From: Felis catus
Lineage: Eukaryota
Assembly (NCBI RefSeq): GCF_018350175.1
Contig: NC_058368.1
Location: 125,056,001 to 125,120,000, forward strand
Reading direction: 5' to 3'
Length of the DNA stretch: 64,000 nt
This document shows positions 26,613 to 39,695 of this stretch, piece after piece. The position numbers and the translations under genes are program-made. Positions within the stretch are counted from its first letter, which is position 1; each line of letters starts with the position of its first letter. The notes under the pieces are model-generated. The model did not search any database. It had not been told where the DNA came from and saw only the letters and a list, made by a program, of their open reading frames with translations.

Positions 26613-27250
26613 AGGTGGTGCACTTAAATGTTAAGTGAATTATACCTCAAGAAAGTTGACGTTTAAAAGTTTATATTTGAATTCTACAAAACTATATAGT
26701 TTCAGAATGTATGTCCTAATCATGCACATTAAAATAAAAATGCTAAAACGGTAGGTGTAGGTTATCTTTAAACATGGTTTTCTGTGTTACACCTAATGCT
26801 AGCAATTTGGTTAATAACCACAGTGAGGGAGAAAACACTGGCTTAGTTAATGGATTTAATCTATTCCTGAATCTAAATCGTTGTTAAGTAAAGCCTTCAG
26901 CTGTGTATAGAATTGTTACTGAAATAAGTGTACTCACTGAGCCTGGTTTCCCAGGGTAAAATTCAAGTACGGTTGAGAGATTCAAATGCAAGTCAATTTT
27001 CCAAGTCAGAAACCTCTACTTAAGTCATCCCAGCCTAAGAAAAGATGGTTAAACAGAAACACAATCCATGACTTTTCTGATGGCCTTTCTCTTTGTGCTG
27101 ACAGGTTTTCTCTTTCAGCTGTGGTACTATTGAAATCTGTCTCACCCCAAACCAGGACTCTTCAGCCTGGAATGCATAGAAGGTACTAACACCAACAGTT
27201 GTTTCTAAATAAACCAGCCATAAAAGAGAAGTCATTGAAAAGAGGAATGA

Positions 27251-27450
27251 GGGGCACCTGGGTGGCGCAGTCGGTTAAGCGTCCGACTTCAGCCAGGTCA
27301 CGATCTCGTGGTCCGTGAGTTCCAGCCCCGCGTCAGGCTCTGGGCTGATGGCTCAGAGCCTGGAGCCTGTTTCTGATTCTGTGTCTCCCTCTCTCTCTGC
27401 CCCTCCCCCGTTCATGCTATGTCTCTCTCTGTCCCCAAAATAAATAAACG
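27251..27450 (+). mobile_element. Young SINEC_Fc-like SINE with no separate A tail
   Basis: 16-bp TSD ttgaaaagaggaatga at 27235-27250 and 27451-27466. Confidence 0.93.
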
Positions 27451-27984
27451 TTGAAAAGAGGAATGATAAACATTATCAGTTGTAAGTTACTGTCAGCAAA
27501 AACCAGTTATTTATTACTACCTTACCTAATGCGGAGACTCCTCTCCCTTCCCCTTTGCAGCAGATAAAAAGACCGAAGGAAATGAGAGTCCACCTCTAAA
27601 CTGATCATTGCACTGGCTGTTCCATCTCATCCTTGCCACTCTCAGGTTGGAATTCCAGAATGATTGCTGTCCCATCCTCAGTTCAGCCCTTCCTCGGTCC
27701 CTCAGCTGGTCACTCCAGCAACTGGAGTAGAAGAGAAAGAAAAGGGGAACTGTCAGTCACATTTAACCTTCCTCTTTCTCTCCTCTTTTATTTTGGGGGT
27801 AGCATCTGAGAACCCCAATATCTGCCAGCCTTATTCCTTAGTGGAGGAAGTCAAGGAGTCTGCCAGTGTGATGGAGAATGACTTTTACAGGAAACCCAGA
27901 AGATCCCTGAAATCAAGGAAGTGCAGGATTTCTAAGGTCAGTGAGCCAAACAGGCTCTAGGAGCCAATAGTGGGAAGTAGGGTG

Positions 27985-28700
27985 CCATAATCAAAAAAAG
28001 AGATGATAGCAAGTATTGACAGGTATGTAGAAAACTGGCACCCTTATACACTGCTGGTGCGAATGTAAAATTCGGCAGCTGCTTTGAAAAACAGTCCGGA
28101 GGTTCCTCAATAGGTTGGGTATAGACTTCCACATGACCCAGCAATTCCACTTCTAGGTGTACACCCAAGACAAATGAAAACATATGTCCACACAACAAGC
28201 TATATACAAATATCCTAGCAGTATTGTACGTAACTGCCCCAAACAGGACACAACCCAAATGTTCATCAACGGGAGAAAAGATAAATAAAATGTGGTATAT
28301 TCATATGATGGAATATAACTTTGCAACAAAAAGGAATGAAGCACTGAAACATGCTACAACATGGATGAATCTTGAAAACATCATGCTGCATGAAAAAAGC
28401 CAGTCACAGAAGACCACACATTGTCTAATTCCATTTACAAGACATGTCCAGAATAGGCAGGCAAATCATTGAAACAGAAAGTAGAATAGTGGTTGCCTAG
28501 AGTGCGGAAGGGGATGGGGAGTTTGGTGGCAGAAGGATTGGAGGTTGCTGTGTTTCTTTTGGGGATGATAAAATATTCTAAAATTCATTGTGGTGATGGC
28601 TGCCCAGTTCTGTGAAGGTACTAAAATCCATTGAATTGTACATTTTGAATGGGTGAATTGTATGGAAGGTGAATTATATTTCAATAAAGCTATTTAAGGG
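27985..28700 (+). mobile_element. Old L1 3' end (L1MB-like)
   Basis: ORF2 C-terminal text (PKCSSTGE.INKMWYIHMMEY) and 3'UTR ending gtgaattatatttcaataaagct. Confidence 0.85.
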
Positions 28701-28993
28701 TGGGAAAAAAAAAAAAAAAGAACCATGAGCCCAGGGCAGGAATAGAAAGCCCAGGAGCTAGCCTGAAGGGAGGGTTGAAAGAGAGAGAGATGGTAGGCAG
28801 GTGGGTGGCCTGAGGCAGCTCCGAGGCTAGTGCTGGGAGTTGCTGTTGCTGGTGTCTGTACATTGCAACAACAAGAGGCAATTATAGGTTGAGCAGAATG
28901 TAAAGGACCAAGAGTGGGCATCTACTGTTCTTAGGACAGAAGACTGTTTCTATAGTTGGTATTACAGAACTCCAAAGAGGCTGCTTTTGCAGG

Positions 28994-31993
28994 TTTTTTT
29001 TTCTTTTTTGTTTTTTATACCAATTTTATTTTATTTTTTTTAATATAATTTACTGTCAAATTGGCTTCCATACAACACCCAGTGCTCATCCCAACAAGTG
29101 CCCTCCTCAATGCCCATCACCCATGTTCCCCTCTCCCCCACCCCCCATCAACCCTCAGTTTGTTCTCTGTATTTAAGAGTCTCATAGTTTGCCTCCTTTC
29201 CTCTCTGTAACTTTTTTCCCCCTTCCTTTCCCTCATGGTCTTCTGTTAAGTTTCTCAACATCCACATATGAGTGAAAACATATGGTATCTGTCTTTCTCT
29301 GACTGACTTATTTCACTTAGCTTAATTCCCTCCAGTTCCAACCACATTGCTACAAATGGCAGGATTTCATTCTTTCTCGTTGCCAAGTAGTATTTCATTG
29401 TATATATAAACCACATCTTCTTTATCCATTCATCAGTTGATGGATTTTTGGGCTCTTTCCATAATTTGGCTATTGTTGAAAGTGTTGCTATAAACATTGG
29501 GGTACATGTGCCCCTATGCATCAGCACTCCTGTATCCCTTGGGTAAATTCCTAGCAGTGCTATTGCTAGTCATAGGGTATTTCTATTTTTAATTTTTTGA
29601 GGAACCTCTACACTGTTTTCCAGAGCGGTGGCACCAGTTTGCATTTCCACCAACAGTGCAACAGGGTTCCTGTTTCTCCACATCCGCCAGCATCTATAGT
29701 CTCCTGATTTGTTCATTTAGCCACTCTGGCCAGTGTGAGGTTGTATCTAGTATGGCTTTGATTTGTACTTACCTGATGATGAATGACACTGAGCATCATT
29801 TAATGTGCCTGTTGGCCATCTGGATGTTTTCTTTAGAAAAGTGTCTGTTCATGTCTTCTGCCCATTTCTTCACTGGATTATTTGTTTTTAGGGTATGGAG
29901 TTTGGTGAGTTCTTTATAGATTTTGGATACTAACTCTTTATCTGACATGTCATTTGCAAGTATCTTTTTCCATTCTGTCTGTTGCCTTTTAGTTTTGTTG
30001 ATTGTTTCCTTTGCAGTGCAGAAACTTTTTATCTTGATGAGGTCCCAATAGCTCATTTTTGCTTTTAATTCCCTTGCCTTGGGAGATGTGTCAAGTAAGA
30101 AATTGCTGCAGCTGTGGTCAAAGAGATTGCTTGCTTTCTCCTCTAGGATTTTGATGGTTTCCTGTTTCACAGTCAGGTCTTTCATCTATTTTGAGTTTGT
30201 TTTTGTGAATGGTGTAAGAAAGTGGTCTAGTTTCATTCTTCTGCATGTTGTTGTACAGTTCTCCCAGCACCAATTCTTAAAGAGACTGTCTTTTTCCCAT
30301 TGGATACTCTTTCCTGCTTTGTCAAAAATTAGTTGGCCATACATTTTTGGGTCCAATTCTGGGTTCTCTATTCTATTCCATTCACCTATGTGTCTGTTAT
30401 GTGCCAATACCATGCTGTCTTGATGATTACAGCTTTGTAGTAGAGGCTAAAGTCTGGGATAGTGATGCCTCCTGCTTTGATTTTCTTCTTCAATATTACT
30501 TTGGCTATTCGGGATCTTTTGTGGTTCCATACAAATTTTAGGATTGTTTGTTCTAGCTTTGAGAAGAATGCCAGTACAATTTTGATTGGGATTGCATTGA
30601 ATGTGTAGATTTCTTTGGGTAGTATTGACATTTTAACAGTATTTATTCTTCCAATCCATGAGCATGGAAAGTTTTTCCATTTCTTTGTGACTTCTTCAAT
30701 TTCCTTCATAAGCTTTCTATAGTTTTCAGCACACAGCATAAAGCTTTATAAGCTTTCTGTAGTTTTCAGCATACAGATCTTTTACATCTTTGGTTAGGTT
30801 TATTCCTAGGTATTTTATGGCTCTTGGTGCAATTATAAATGGATCAGTTTCTTTATTTCTCTTTCTGTTGCTTCATTATTGGTGTATAAAAATGTAACCA
30901 ATTTCTGTACATTGATTTTGTACCCTGCGACTTTGCTGAGTTCATGTATCAGTTCTAGCAGACTTTTGGTGGAGTATGTCCGTTTTCCATGTAGAGTATC
31001 ATGTCATCTGCAAAAAGTGAAAGTTTGACTTATTTGCCAATTTTGATGCCTTTTATTTCATTTTGTTGTCTGATTGCTGATGTTAGGACTTCCAACACTA
31101 TGTTGAACAACAGCGGTGGGAGTAGACATCCCTGTCGTGTTCCTGATCTCAGGGGGAAAGCTCTCAGTTTTTCCCCATTGAGGATGATATTAGCTATGGG
31201 GTTTTCATAAATGGCTTTTATGATGTTTAAGTATGTTCCTTCTATTCTGACTTTCTGGAGAGTTTTATTAAGAAAGGATGCTGAATTTTGTCAAATGCTT
31301 TTTCTGCATCGATTGACAGGATCATATGGTTCTTATCCTTTCTTTTATTAATGTGATGTATCACATTGATTGATTTGCGAATATTGAACCAGCCCTGCAG
31401 CCCAGGAATGAATCCCACTTGATCATGATAAATAATTCTTTTTATATGCTGTTGAATTCGATTTGCTAGTATCTTGTTGAGAATTTTTGCATCCATATTC
31501 ATTAGGGATATTGGCCTGTAGTTCTCTTTTTTTGTTGGGTCTCTTTCTGGTTTGGGAATCAAAGTAATGCTGACTTTATAGAATGAGTCCGGAAGTTTTC
31601 CTTCCATTTCTATTTTTTGGAACAGCTTGAGAAGGGTAGGTATTAACTCTGCTTTAAATGTCTGGTAGAATTCTCCAGGGAAGCCATCTGGTCCAGGACT
31701 CTTATTTGTTGCAAGATTTTTGATAACTGATTTAATTTCTTCACTAGTTATGGGTTTGTTCAAATTTTCTATTTCTTCCTGTTTGAGTTTTGGTAGTGTG
31801 TGGGTGTTTAGGAATTTTTCCATTTCTTCCAGGTTGTCCAGTTTGTTGGCATATAATTTTTCATGGTATTCCCTGATAATTGCTTGTATTTCTGAGGGAT
31901 TGGTTGTAATAAATCCATTTTCATTCGTGATTTTATCTATTTGGGTCCTCTCTCTTTTCTTTTTGAGAATCCTGGCTAGAGGGTTATCAAATT
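28994..31993 (-). mobile_element. Carnivore L1, 5'-truncated (~3 kb), disrupted ORF2 (RT and C-terminus)
   Basis: ORFs with [51 protein letters not shown]; poly-T tail at ~28994-29041; several frameshifts. Confidence 0.96.
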
Positions 31994-32194
31994 TAGGGGA
32001 TGAATGGTGAGCACTGTATTAATATGTTTATTTAGGTCTTCAGAGTCAGGAACCTGAGCTACTCATGCTCAGTTAGAGACACTTTATCTTCACTGATTCC
32101 ATGTAAGGCCTTTTTTTGTATGTTCCTTTATGTTAATTCCTTTTTACTCCCATAACCTACCAAAGCAACCATTCTAATGGGCATGATGAACATC

Positions 32195-32382
32195 TTTTTT
32201 TTTAAGTTTATTTTGAGAGAGAGAGAGAGAGAGCATGAGCATGAATGAGAGAGAGAATCCCAAGAAGACTCCACTGACAGTGCAAAGCCCAACACAGGAC
32301 TAGATCTCAAGAACCCCAAGATCATGACCTGAGCCAAAATTAAGAGTCAGTTGCTTAACTGACTGAGTCACCCAGGTGCCCT
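32195..32382 (-). mobile_element. CanSINE
   Basis: TSD tgaacatctttt. Confidence 0.88.
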
Positions 32383-33340
32383 GAACATCTTTTGGTTTGT
32401 ATGTATACACTTGTATATTGAGTGTTACTGTTTTGTATGCATGTATTCGTACATTCAGTAAATATTGTTGTGATAGCTCATTCTGTTTCTTCTTTTTCAC
32501 TCTACACATTGTTTTTTAGATTCATCCGTGCTGTTAGGTATACCTCCAATTCTTTGCTTTTAACCGCTCACTGATGTGTGTCCAGTACATATTATGTATT
32601 TACTGTCCCCATAATGGACATATATGTAGTTTCCTCTCCCTGCTACTCCCAATACTGTGTGCCATCCGTGAGAATGCTCCTCACAGGCCTCTAGCCCCAG
32701 CGAGTGTAAGTGACTGAAGACCCCAGCTGCTGTGCTCTGAAATCTGTCTCTGTGCTTCACCTAAGGTCACACTTCCTGTGGGCTGCTCCCAGGAGGGAGC
32801 AGAAAACTAAGACAGACCCATTTCTGGGTAACATGAGACTCCTCTCATAGCTGATTTTTCCTGGAGGACACCCAGGTGGACTTGAAAAACATTCCTTAGA
32901 TCACAAGGCAATTGAGGACACTTCCACCAACATTCTTGACCTCTCTTCTTCACTCAGGACCAGACTTGCATCATGGAATGAAGGTTATCCCAGTCCTCCC
33001 AATTTTCTTTCACAGGTACCTCCTCTACTAATATCTTTGGACATTTAATTCACATCTTGGTGTCTGTTTTTCAGAAGACCCAGGCTAATCCATAATGCTA
33101 TATTGAGCATCCTTGTTCATGTTCCTTGATAAAGTTGTGTAAAGATTTCTCAAGGATGTACATCTAGGAGGAAACTTTTGGGGTCACTTGGTGGGGCCAG
33201 GTTGCCCCCAGAAGGGGCTGCTGCCCCATCCCTGTTCTCACCAGCAGCACCTAGGGCTCCAATAGCTTCTCACCCCCGCCTCCTTGGGGGTATATTCTAG
33301 CTAATGTCTGCCCATCTAATGCACATAGTGATGTCTTTGT

Positions 33341-33424
33341 TTTATTTATTTATTGATTGGTTGGTTATTTTGAGAGAGAGAGCATGCACATGAGCAGGGG
33401 AGAGGGGCAGAGAGAGAGAGAGAA

Positions 33425-33471
<47 letters not shown>

Positions 33472-33811
33472 CTTAAGCAAGTTCCATGCTCAGTGCGCAG
33501 CCCGACACGGGCTCCATCCCAGGACCCTGGGATCATGACCTGAGCAGAAATCGAGTCAGACACTTGGGGCACCAGGGTGACTCAGTTGGTTAAGCTTCGG
33601 ACTTCAGCTCAGGTCATTATCTCATAGTTCGAGCCCCACATCTGGCTCTGTGCTGACAGCTAAGAGCCTGCAGCTTGCTTCAGATTCTGTGTCTCCTCTC
33701 TCTGCCCCTACCCCACTTTCTCTCTGTCTTTCTCTCTCTCTCAAAAATAAATAAATGTTAAAAAAAAAAAAAGCGTTGGACACTCAAAGGACTGAGCCAT
33801 GCAGCTGCCCC
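33341..33811. mobile_element. Minus-strand CanSINE split by a plus-strand CanSINE (~33566-33772)
   Basis: Outer element stops at ...gagtcagacact and resumes ...ggacactcaaaggactgagcca...gcccc. Confidence 0.85.
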
Positions 33812-34610
33812 ATTCATCTTTGTTTTAAATTTCTCTGATCACTAAAATTATCAATCATGTCTTCAAATGCTTATTAGTCTTCAGAGATTCCTCTTCTGTA
33901 AATTATCCATTACACTCTTTGCCCATTTTTACATTGAGATTGCTTTCTTTATCTTTTTGGTTTCAGAAATTATCTGTATATTCTGAATATTGAACCATTG
34001 CTGGTTTCAGACATTGCAAAATCTCCCAGTTTATCATCTAGTAACTTTGTCCACAACATTCTTCATTAAACACAAATCCTTCATTTTAATGTAATCGAGA
34101 GTATGGTGGGGAAGGGTGTTTACATGTCACATGGGCAAGTTATCTCTCTAACTTTTAATTTTTCATCTCCGAAATGGTAGTAATATAAGAGAATCACACC
34201 CATCAGAAGTAAGTCAGTATGAGGCAATTGGTCAACTAAAAATGGAACATCATAAAATGCCATATATTTGCCAAACATTTTTTTAACTTAAAACATACAA
34301 ATAAACCTTTATTTATACGTCCTTATGTAGTGCATAGACCTTTCTTTGGCTAACTATTCTTCACATCTTTTTTTCTTACCTGATCCACATCCATAATACA
34401 TGGACAACAATTTCCAGTTTGGGACTCTTTAAAGTAAAAGCAAAAACTATGTCTTCTAGATTTTTACAGGTTTTTTTCTATCTTATTACAATTGTTCTTA
34501 TTCATATTTAATTAAACAGAATGGTTTTTTTAATCACATCATTCCAAAACATTCCATTTAGTTTTCTTCAGAAAAACTCTTCACACTCATATTTAATCAG
34601 TTTATGTGCT

Positions 34611-34615
34611 ATTTT

Positions 34616-34673
<58 letters not shown>

Positions 34674-34693
34674 TCCCTTCCTCCCTCCCTCCC

Positions 34694-34741
<48 letters not shown>

Positions 34742-34942
34742 TCCTCTCTTTCCTTTCTTTCCTTTCTTTTTGAGTTAGGGAGCATGAGCAAGGGAGGAAC
34801 ACAGAGAGGGAGACAGAGGATCTGAAGCAGGCCCTGCACAGGGAGCCTAGAGCCTGATGTGGGGCTTGAACTCACAAACCGTGAGATCATGACCTGAGAG
34901 CCGAAGTCAGATGCCCAACTGACTGAGCCACCCAGGCGCCCC
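34611..34942 (-). mobile_element. CanSINE with expanded (GAAA)n/(GGGA)n tail
   Basis: TSD tttatgtgct at 34601-34610 and 34946-34955. Confidence 0.92.
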
Positions 34943-35751
34943 AAATTTATGTGCTTTTTAATCAAATCGCCCAATTGTAACAAGTATGATAGGCACAAAC
35001 AGGTTTGAGAACAAAGACATTTCTTTTTAAACATATGAGTCAACATGCCAGGGCAGAAGTACACGGGTGAACCAGAGTCCTTAGGAATAAATATTCATGT
35101 GTCCTTGGAATTCCTCCTTATTGGTCATGGAGGAAATAAGTGGACAGTCTTGTAGAATCTGGTGAGTTGTTTTAGTAGGGTCTACTCACCAATTTTCACC
35201 ATTATCTACCTTTTGGCTAGTTGTGCTGAACACTGCACCTGACACCTAATAAGTGCCCAGTAATTGTTCATCATTAATAATACTAGACCATTGGTCTCAT
35301 CCCTGCATAATCTGTCCCTCCCTCTTTCCTCTCTCCCCTAAAAAAACATCTGGCAATGCAATGTGCTGGAGGCATCTGGGGATGTCTCAGCTGGAGAGGT
35401 GGTACTGGTATCTAGTGGGCAGAGGCCACATATGCTGATAAACATACTACAATGCACAGGACAGTTCCCATGACAAAATTTCAATAGTGTCCACATGAAG
35501 AACCCTTCACTAAACTGCATGCTTCAAGAGAACAGGAACCATACAGGTGTTTATTCACAGTTGTACCTCTAGCACCTAACACATTTCATGGCCCATAGTA
35601 AATATTCAATAAATATGTGTTAGCACATTCATGCAAACTGACTACATGAGTGAAACCCTTTCGAGATGAGTGAGAGCACACCCACAGAGCCAGGCTCCAA
35701 GACTTCAAAGGGAGCACAGACCCCTTTCCCAGAAAATTAGTTCAGACCACT

Positions 35752-36285
35752 TACACAACTTAAGTGTCCATCGATAGATGAATAGACAAAGAAGATGTGG
35801 TATTTATATACAATGGAAAATACCCAGCCATAAAAAAAGAATGAAATCTTGGCATTTGAAACAACATGGATGGAGCCAGAGAGTATTAATGCTAAGTAAA
35901 ATAAGTCAGACAAAGACAAATACCATATGATTTCACTCATATGTTGAGTCTGAAAGCAAATCAAATGAATAAACAAACAAAACAGAAACAGACTCATAGA
36001 CACAGGAAACAAACTGTCAGTTACCAGAGAAGGAGGGGTTGAGTGGATGAAATAGGTAAAGGACATTAAGAGGTACAAACTTCCAGCTATAAAATAATCA
36101 AGTCTGGTTGATATTACATACAGCATAGGGAATATAGTCAATAATATTGTCATAACTTTGCATGGTGACAGTAACTAGTAACTCATCTCATAATATATAA
36201 AAATATAGAATCACCATGATGTACATCTGAAACTAATAAGATATTATATTTCAGTTATACTTCAATAAAAACAAAACAGAACAAA
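35752..36285 (+). mobile_element. L1 3' end (L1MA9 / older carnivore type)
   Basis: aagtgtccatcgatagatgaatagacaaagaagatgtgg...tacagcatagggaatatagtcaataa...tacttcaataaaa. Confidence 0.88.
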
Positions 36286-36476
36286 ATACAAATATCTATA
36301 ATGTTCCAAAGAGACTGGACTAGAACACAGCCCAGTATTCTTTCCACTAGGATGCCCTGCTCCTAAGCAGGTTATTTAAAGACATATGAAAATGATTTTG
36401 ATAAAGTAACACAAAATAAACACATTTCAAATGGGTTGGCATAAAAGGAAGCTGCACAGCACACACGTTAAGGACT

Positions 36477-36747
36477 TTTTTAAATGTTTATTTATTTATT
36501 TTGAAAAAGAGAGAGAAAACGAGTAAGAGTGCAGGGAGGAGCAGAGAGAGAAGAGAGAGAAAAACCCAAGCAGTTCCATGCTATCAGCACAAAGTCTGAC
36601 ATGGGGCTTGATCTCACGAACTGTGAGATTATGACCTGAGCCAAAATCAATTAAGCCAATGCTTAACCGACTGAGTTACCCAGGCACCCTCTAAGGACAT
36701 TTAAAAAAAAAATGTTTATTTATTTTGAGATGGGAGAGGGGCAGAGA

Positions 36748-36799
<52 letters not shown>

Positions 36800-36920
36800 C
36801 CCAAGCAGGCTCCACATTGTCAGTGCAGAGCCTGACACAGGGCTTGATTCCACAAACCGTGAGATCATGACCTGAGCAGAAAAGTCAGACCCTCAACCAA
36901 CTGAGCCACCCAGGCACCCT
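36477..36920 (-). mobile_element. Two tandem CanSINEs
   Basis: Heads end at ~36690 and ~36920; taaggac recurs at all three junctions. Confidence 0.88.
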
Positions 36921-37545
36921 GCTAAGGACATTTTTATGATCACATTCCAGAATGTTAAATTAGAAAATCACAGAAGTACATAACTAGTCATCTTTTCTTT
37001 GCTTGGAAACATTTCACAGAGAAGTTTTGCATGTGGTCCTGAAATTTCTCTGCTCATTCAAGTTTTGGCTAGTCTTTTTGTGGCATGGATCTACAGAACA
37101 GCAAATGCCATAACATTTAGTTCACGCATGACTGTCGCCTGTGTCACTCTGTGGGATTCAGCCAGCCTTGGCAATCCTCACGGATGGATGGAAGGGGAGA
37201 GGCCTTGGATACATCTGGGTTGGTCCCAAGGGGTCAAACACAAGGGAGGAAGAGAGAACCAAGCAGCTGCAACTGCAGACAGCCTGAGCAGGCAGTTGAG
37301 CTAGAAGAGAAGCCCAGCGGGTATGTGAAGCACAGGAATGGGGCACTCAAAGTGGAGCACACTTAGAAGTTCAGGACACCAAGCCAGCAGTCTGTCATTA
37401 CTGGGGCTGTCTGTGATTCTGATCCTTGGGAGCTTGGACTGGCATAGCTGAGGAAGGCTCCTGTTCTAATGGATGGGATATCAACCAAGTTATCAACAAC
37501 AGGTTCAAATACAGAAGCCCAGATTCAAAAAATGGAGCCTGTGAA

Positions 37546-37786
37546 GGGTGCCTGGGTGGCTCAATAGGTTGAGAGTCCGACCGGCTCAGGTCATGATCTC
37601 ATGGTTCATGAGTTGGAGCCCTGCATCGGGCTCTGTGCTGACAGCTCAGAGCCTGGAGCCTGCTTTGGAATCTGTGTTTCCCTCTCTCTCTGCCCCTCCC
37701 CGTTCATTCTCCCTCTCTCTCTCTCTCCCTCTCCCCCCGCCCCGACTCCATCAAAAATAAATAAACATTTAAAAAAATACTAAAAG
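37546..37786 (+). mobile_element. CanSINE
   Basis: TSD aaatggagcctgtgaa. Confidence 0.92.
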
Positions 37787-39444
37787 AAATGGAGCCTGTG
37801 AAAATAGATGGAGAATTCAGGAATCAAGTAGATACTGCCTAAGGATCTCTGTGGGTCGGTTATGGATCAGCTGGAGTAAAAAGACTGCTCTGTGGGGAGA
37901 TAAAAATGAAGAAACCAGGCTCCGGACTAGACAAAAAGAGACAAGGGGTTAACAACTGTCAGGAGGCTGTGGGATCTTTGATTGTTTCTCTTGCCCCATT
38001 GTGAGCACAGTTACAGGAGCACTGGAGTTTCTGGGCTCCAGAACATTCCCTTCCCATATGCTGCCCCAGAGTAGATTTACAGGTTATACCACAGAGCTAT
38101 TATTAGAGAGAGAAAGGAAAACTTGAGAAACTCTTTGATTGAGATTTTAAATGTTTATAGTATTTTTTGCAACTGATTGTTAGTCGACTTCTTTTGGTCC
38201 CTGGTGCCACCTTGCACTTGCACTAGCCCATGGAGCTCTTTGTACACAGCCAGCCCTGACCTCCTAAACTTATGAGCAATCTCCTTGAACAAAACCCACC
38301 AGAGATGTCTCCATGGAGAAACGATGAGACAAACAGAGGGAGGGATGGGAATCAGCTCTAAGTGAGGTTTAAGTTGGAAGAACACTGAAAAGGAAGTTGT
38401 GTAAAGAGAATGGAGGTGTGCTCTGAAGCCTTTTGTGGTAGGACTGAGTCCCCTGTGTATACACCCTGTGTATTTTTTCAGTGCTGATCTACAGAGAAAT
38501 GAATAAATGAATGGTTGAATGAATAAATCAGTGAATGAACCAAAGAATCAATGGACTGATAAATGAATGAATGATGATGATAAGAAAATGGAAATGAACA
38601 ACTATCATTACACAGATTTGTGTGTGTGTGTGTGAAGGGAGAAGAGTTCAATGAGTTGATGGGTGTAATCAGTAAACAGAGGGCTGCTCAGGCCCTTCCA
38701 GAGGGATTGGTGACAAACTACAGGAGATTCACAAGCACCAAAGCGCCTCTGAAACCCTCACCCCTAGGATGGCTACAGACATATGTGGCAGGTGCACCCT
38801 CATAGCGAAAAGCTGTCATGTTCAATGCTCCCCTTCCCCCATCCAACCACCAGGTGTGGAACAGAGGGGCCCAAGTTGAAGGACTCACCACTCAACCAGT
38901 CCTGTCTCCAAGAATCCCTTATGTTAACTCTCTGACAATTTGAGAGAAACAGAATCACAGAGGATATAACTAATGTATTAATTCAAATGAAATTCCATGC
39001 CTCTGAAAGATCAGCTACCCAGCATTGGCCACAATGATATTGTACATGTGTGCCATACAGTGGATGGTGAAACTGTTAGCTATACAGAGTGAGATGACCT
39101 CCAGCTCGATTTTATCTAGCCAATCTATCGGGGAACAATGTATTCTAATGGCCTATTGTGGCTGACCTTTTCAGATTGAATATTGAGTTCTCAACTGATA
39201 GATGGAGTGAGTACCAGGATCACCTGGGGAGCTTGTCAAACTTCACATGCCCCAAGAGTCCTAGCCCCGATTCTGGTACTCCCTACCTAAGATATCAGCT
39301 ACTAGATAGACAGCAAGGAATTAGATGTGAAGTTGTTTGCACCCAATACAAGGTCTACCATTCAATGTGGCTCAGTATGTAGTTCTTGAATAAATGGATG
39401 AATAACTTAATTTAGTTGTTTTTTTAACCATAGAATTTAGAGGG

Positions 39445-39496
39445 TTTTTAAAAATTTATTTGTTTATTTTGAGAGAGAGAGCATGCAGGAGGGGGG

Positions 39497-39566
<70 letters not shown>

Positions 39567-39695
39567 CCCAAGCAGGCTCCGTGCTGTCAGTGCAGAGCCT
39601 GACTCAGGGCTCTATCTCATGAACAGCGGCGAGATCATGACCTGAGCCGAGATCAAGAGTCAGATGTTCGACCGACCAAGTCACCCAGGTGTCCC
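39445..39695 (-). mobile_element. CanSINE with long (GA)n
   Basis: TSD tagaatttagag / tagaatttggag. Confidence 0.88.

Noticed and set aside
27768..27906. Extra candidate exon (ttgatttcag| ... AAG|gttaaa)
   Set aside because: Would leave only a 46-nt intron before 27721 and has a weak donor; not counted.
29255..31823. Reverse-transcriptase ORFs as an active or domesticated gene
   Set aside because: 5'-truncated, multiply frameshifted L1.
34521..34825. K/E/R-rich and F/L/S-rich ORFs (also 42060-42281 and 52784-53023)
   Set aside because: Microsatellite translations.
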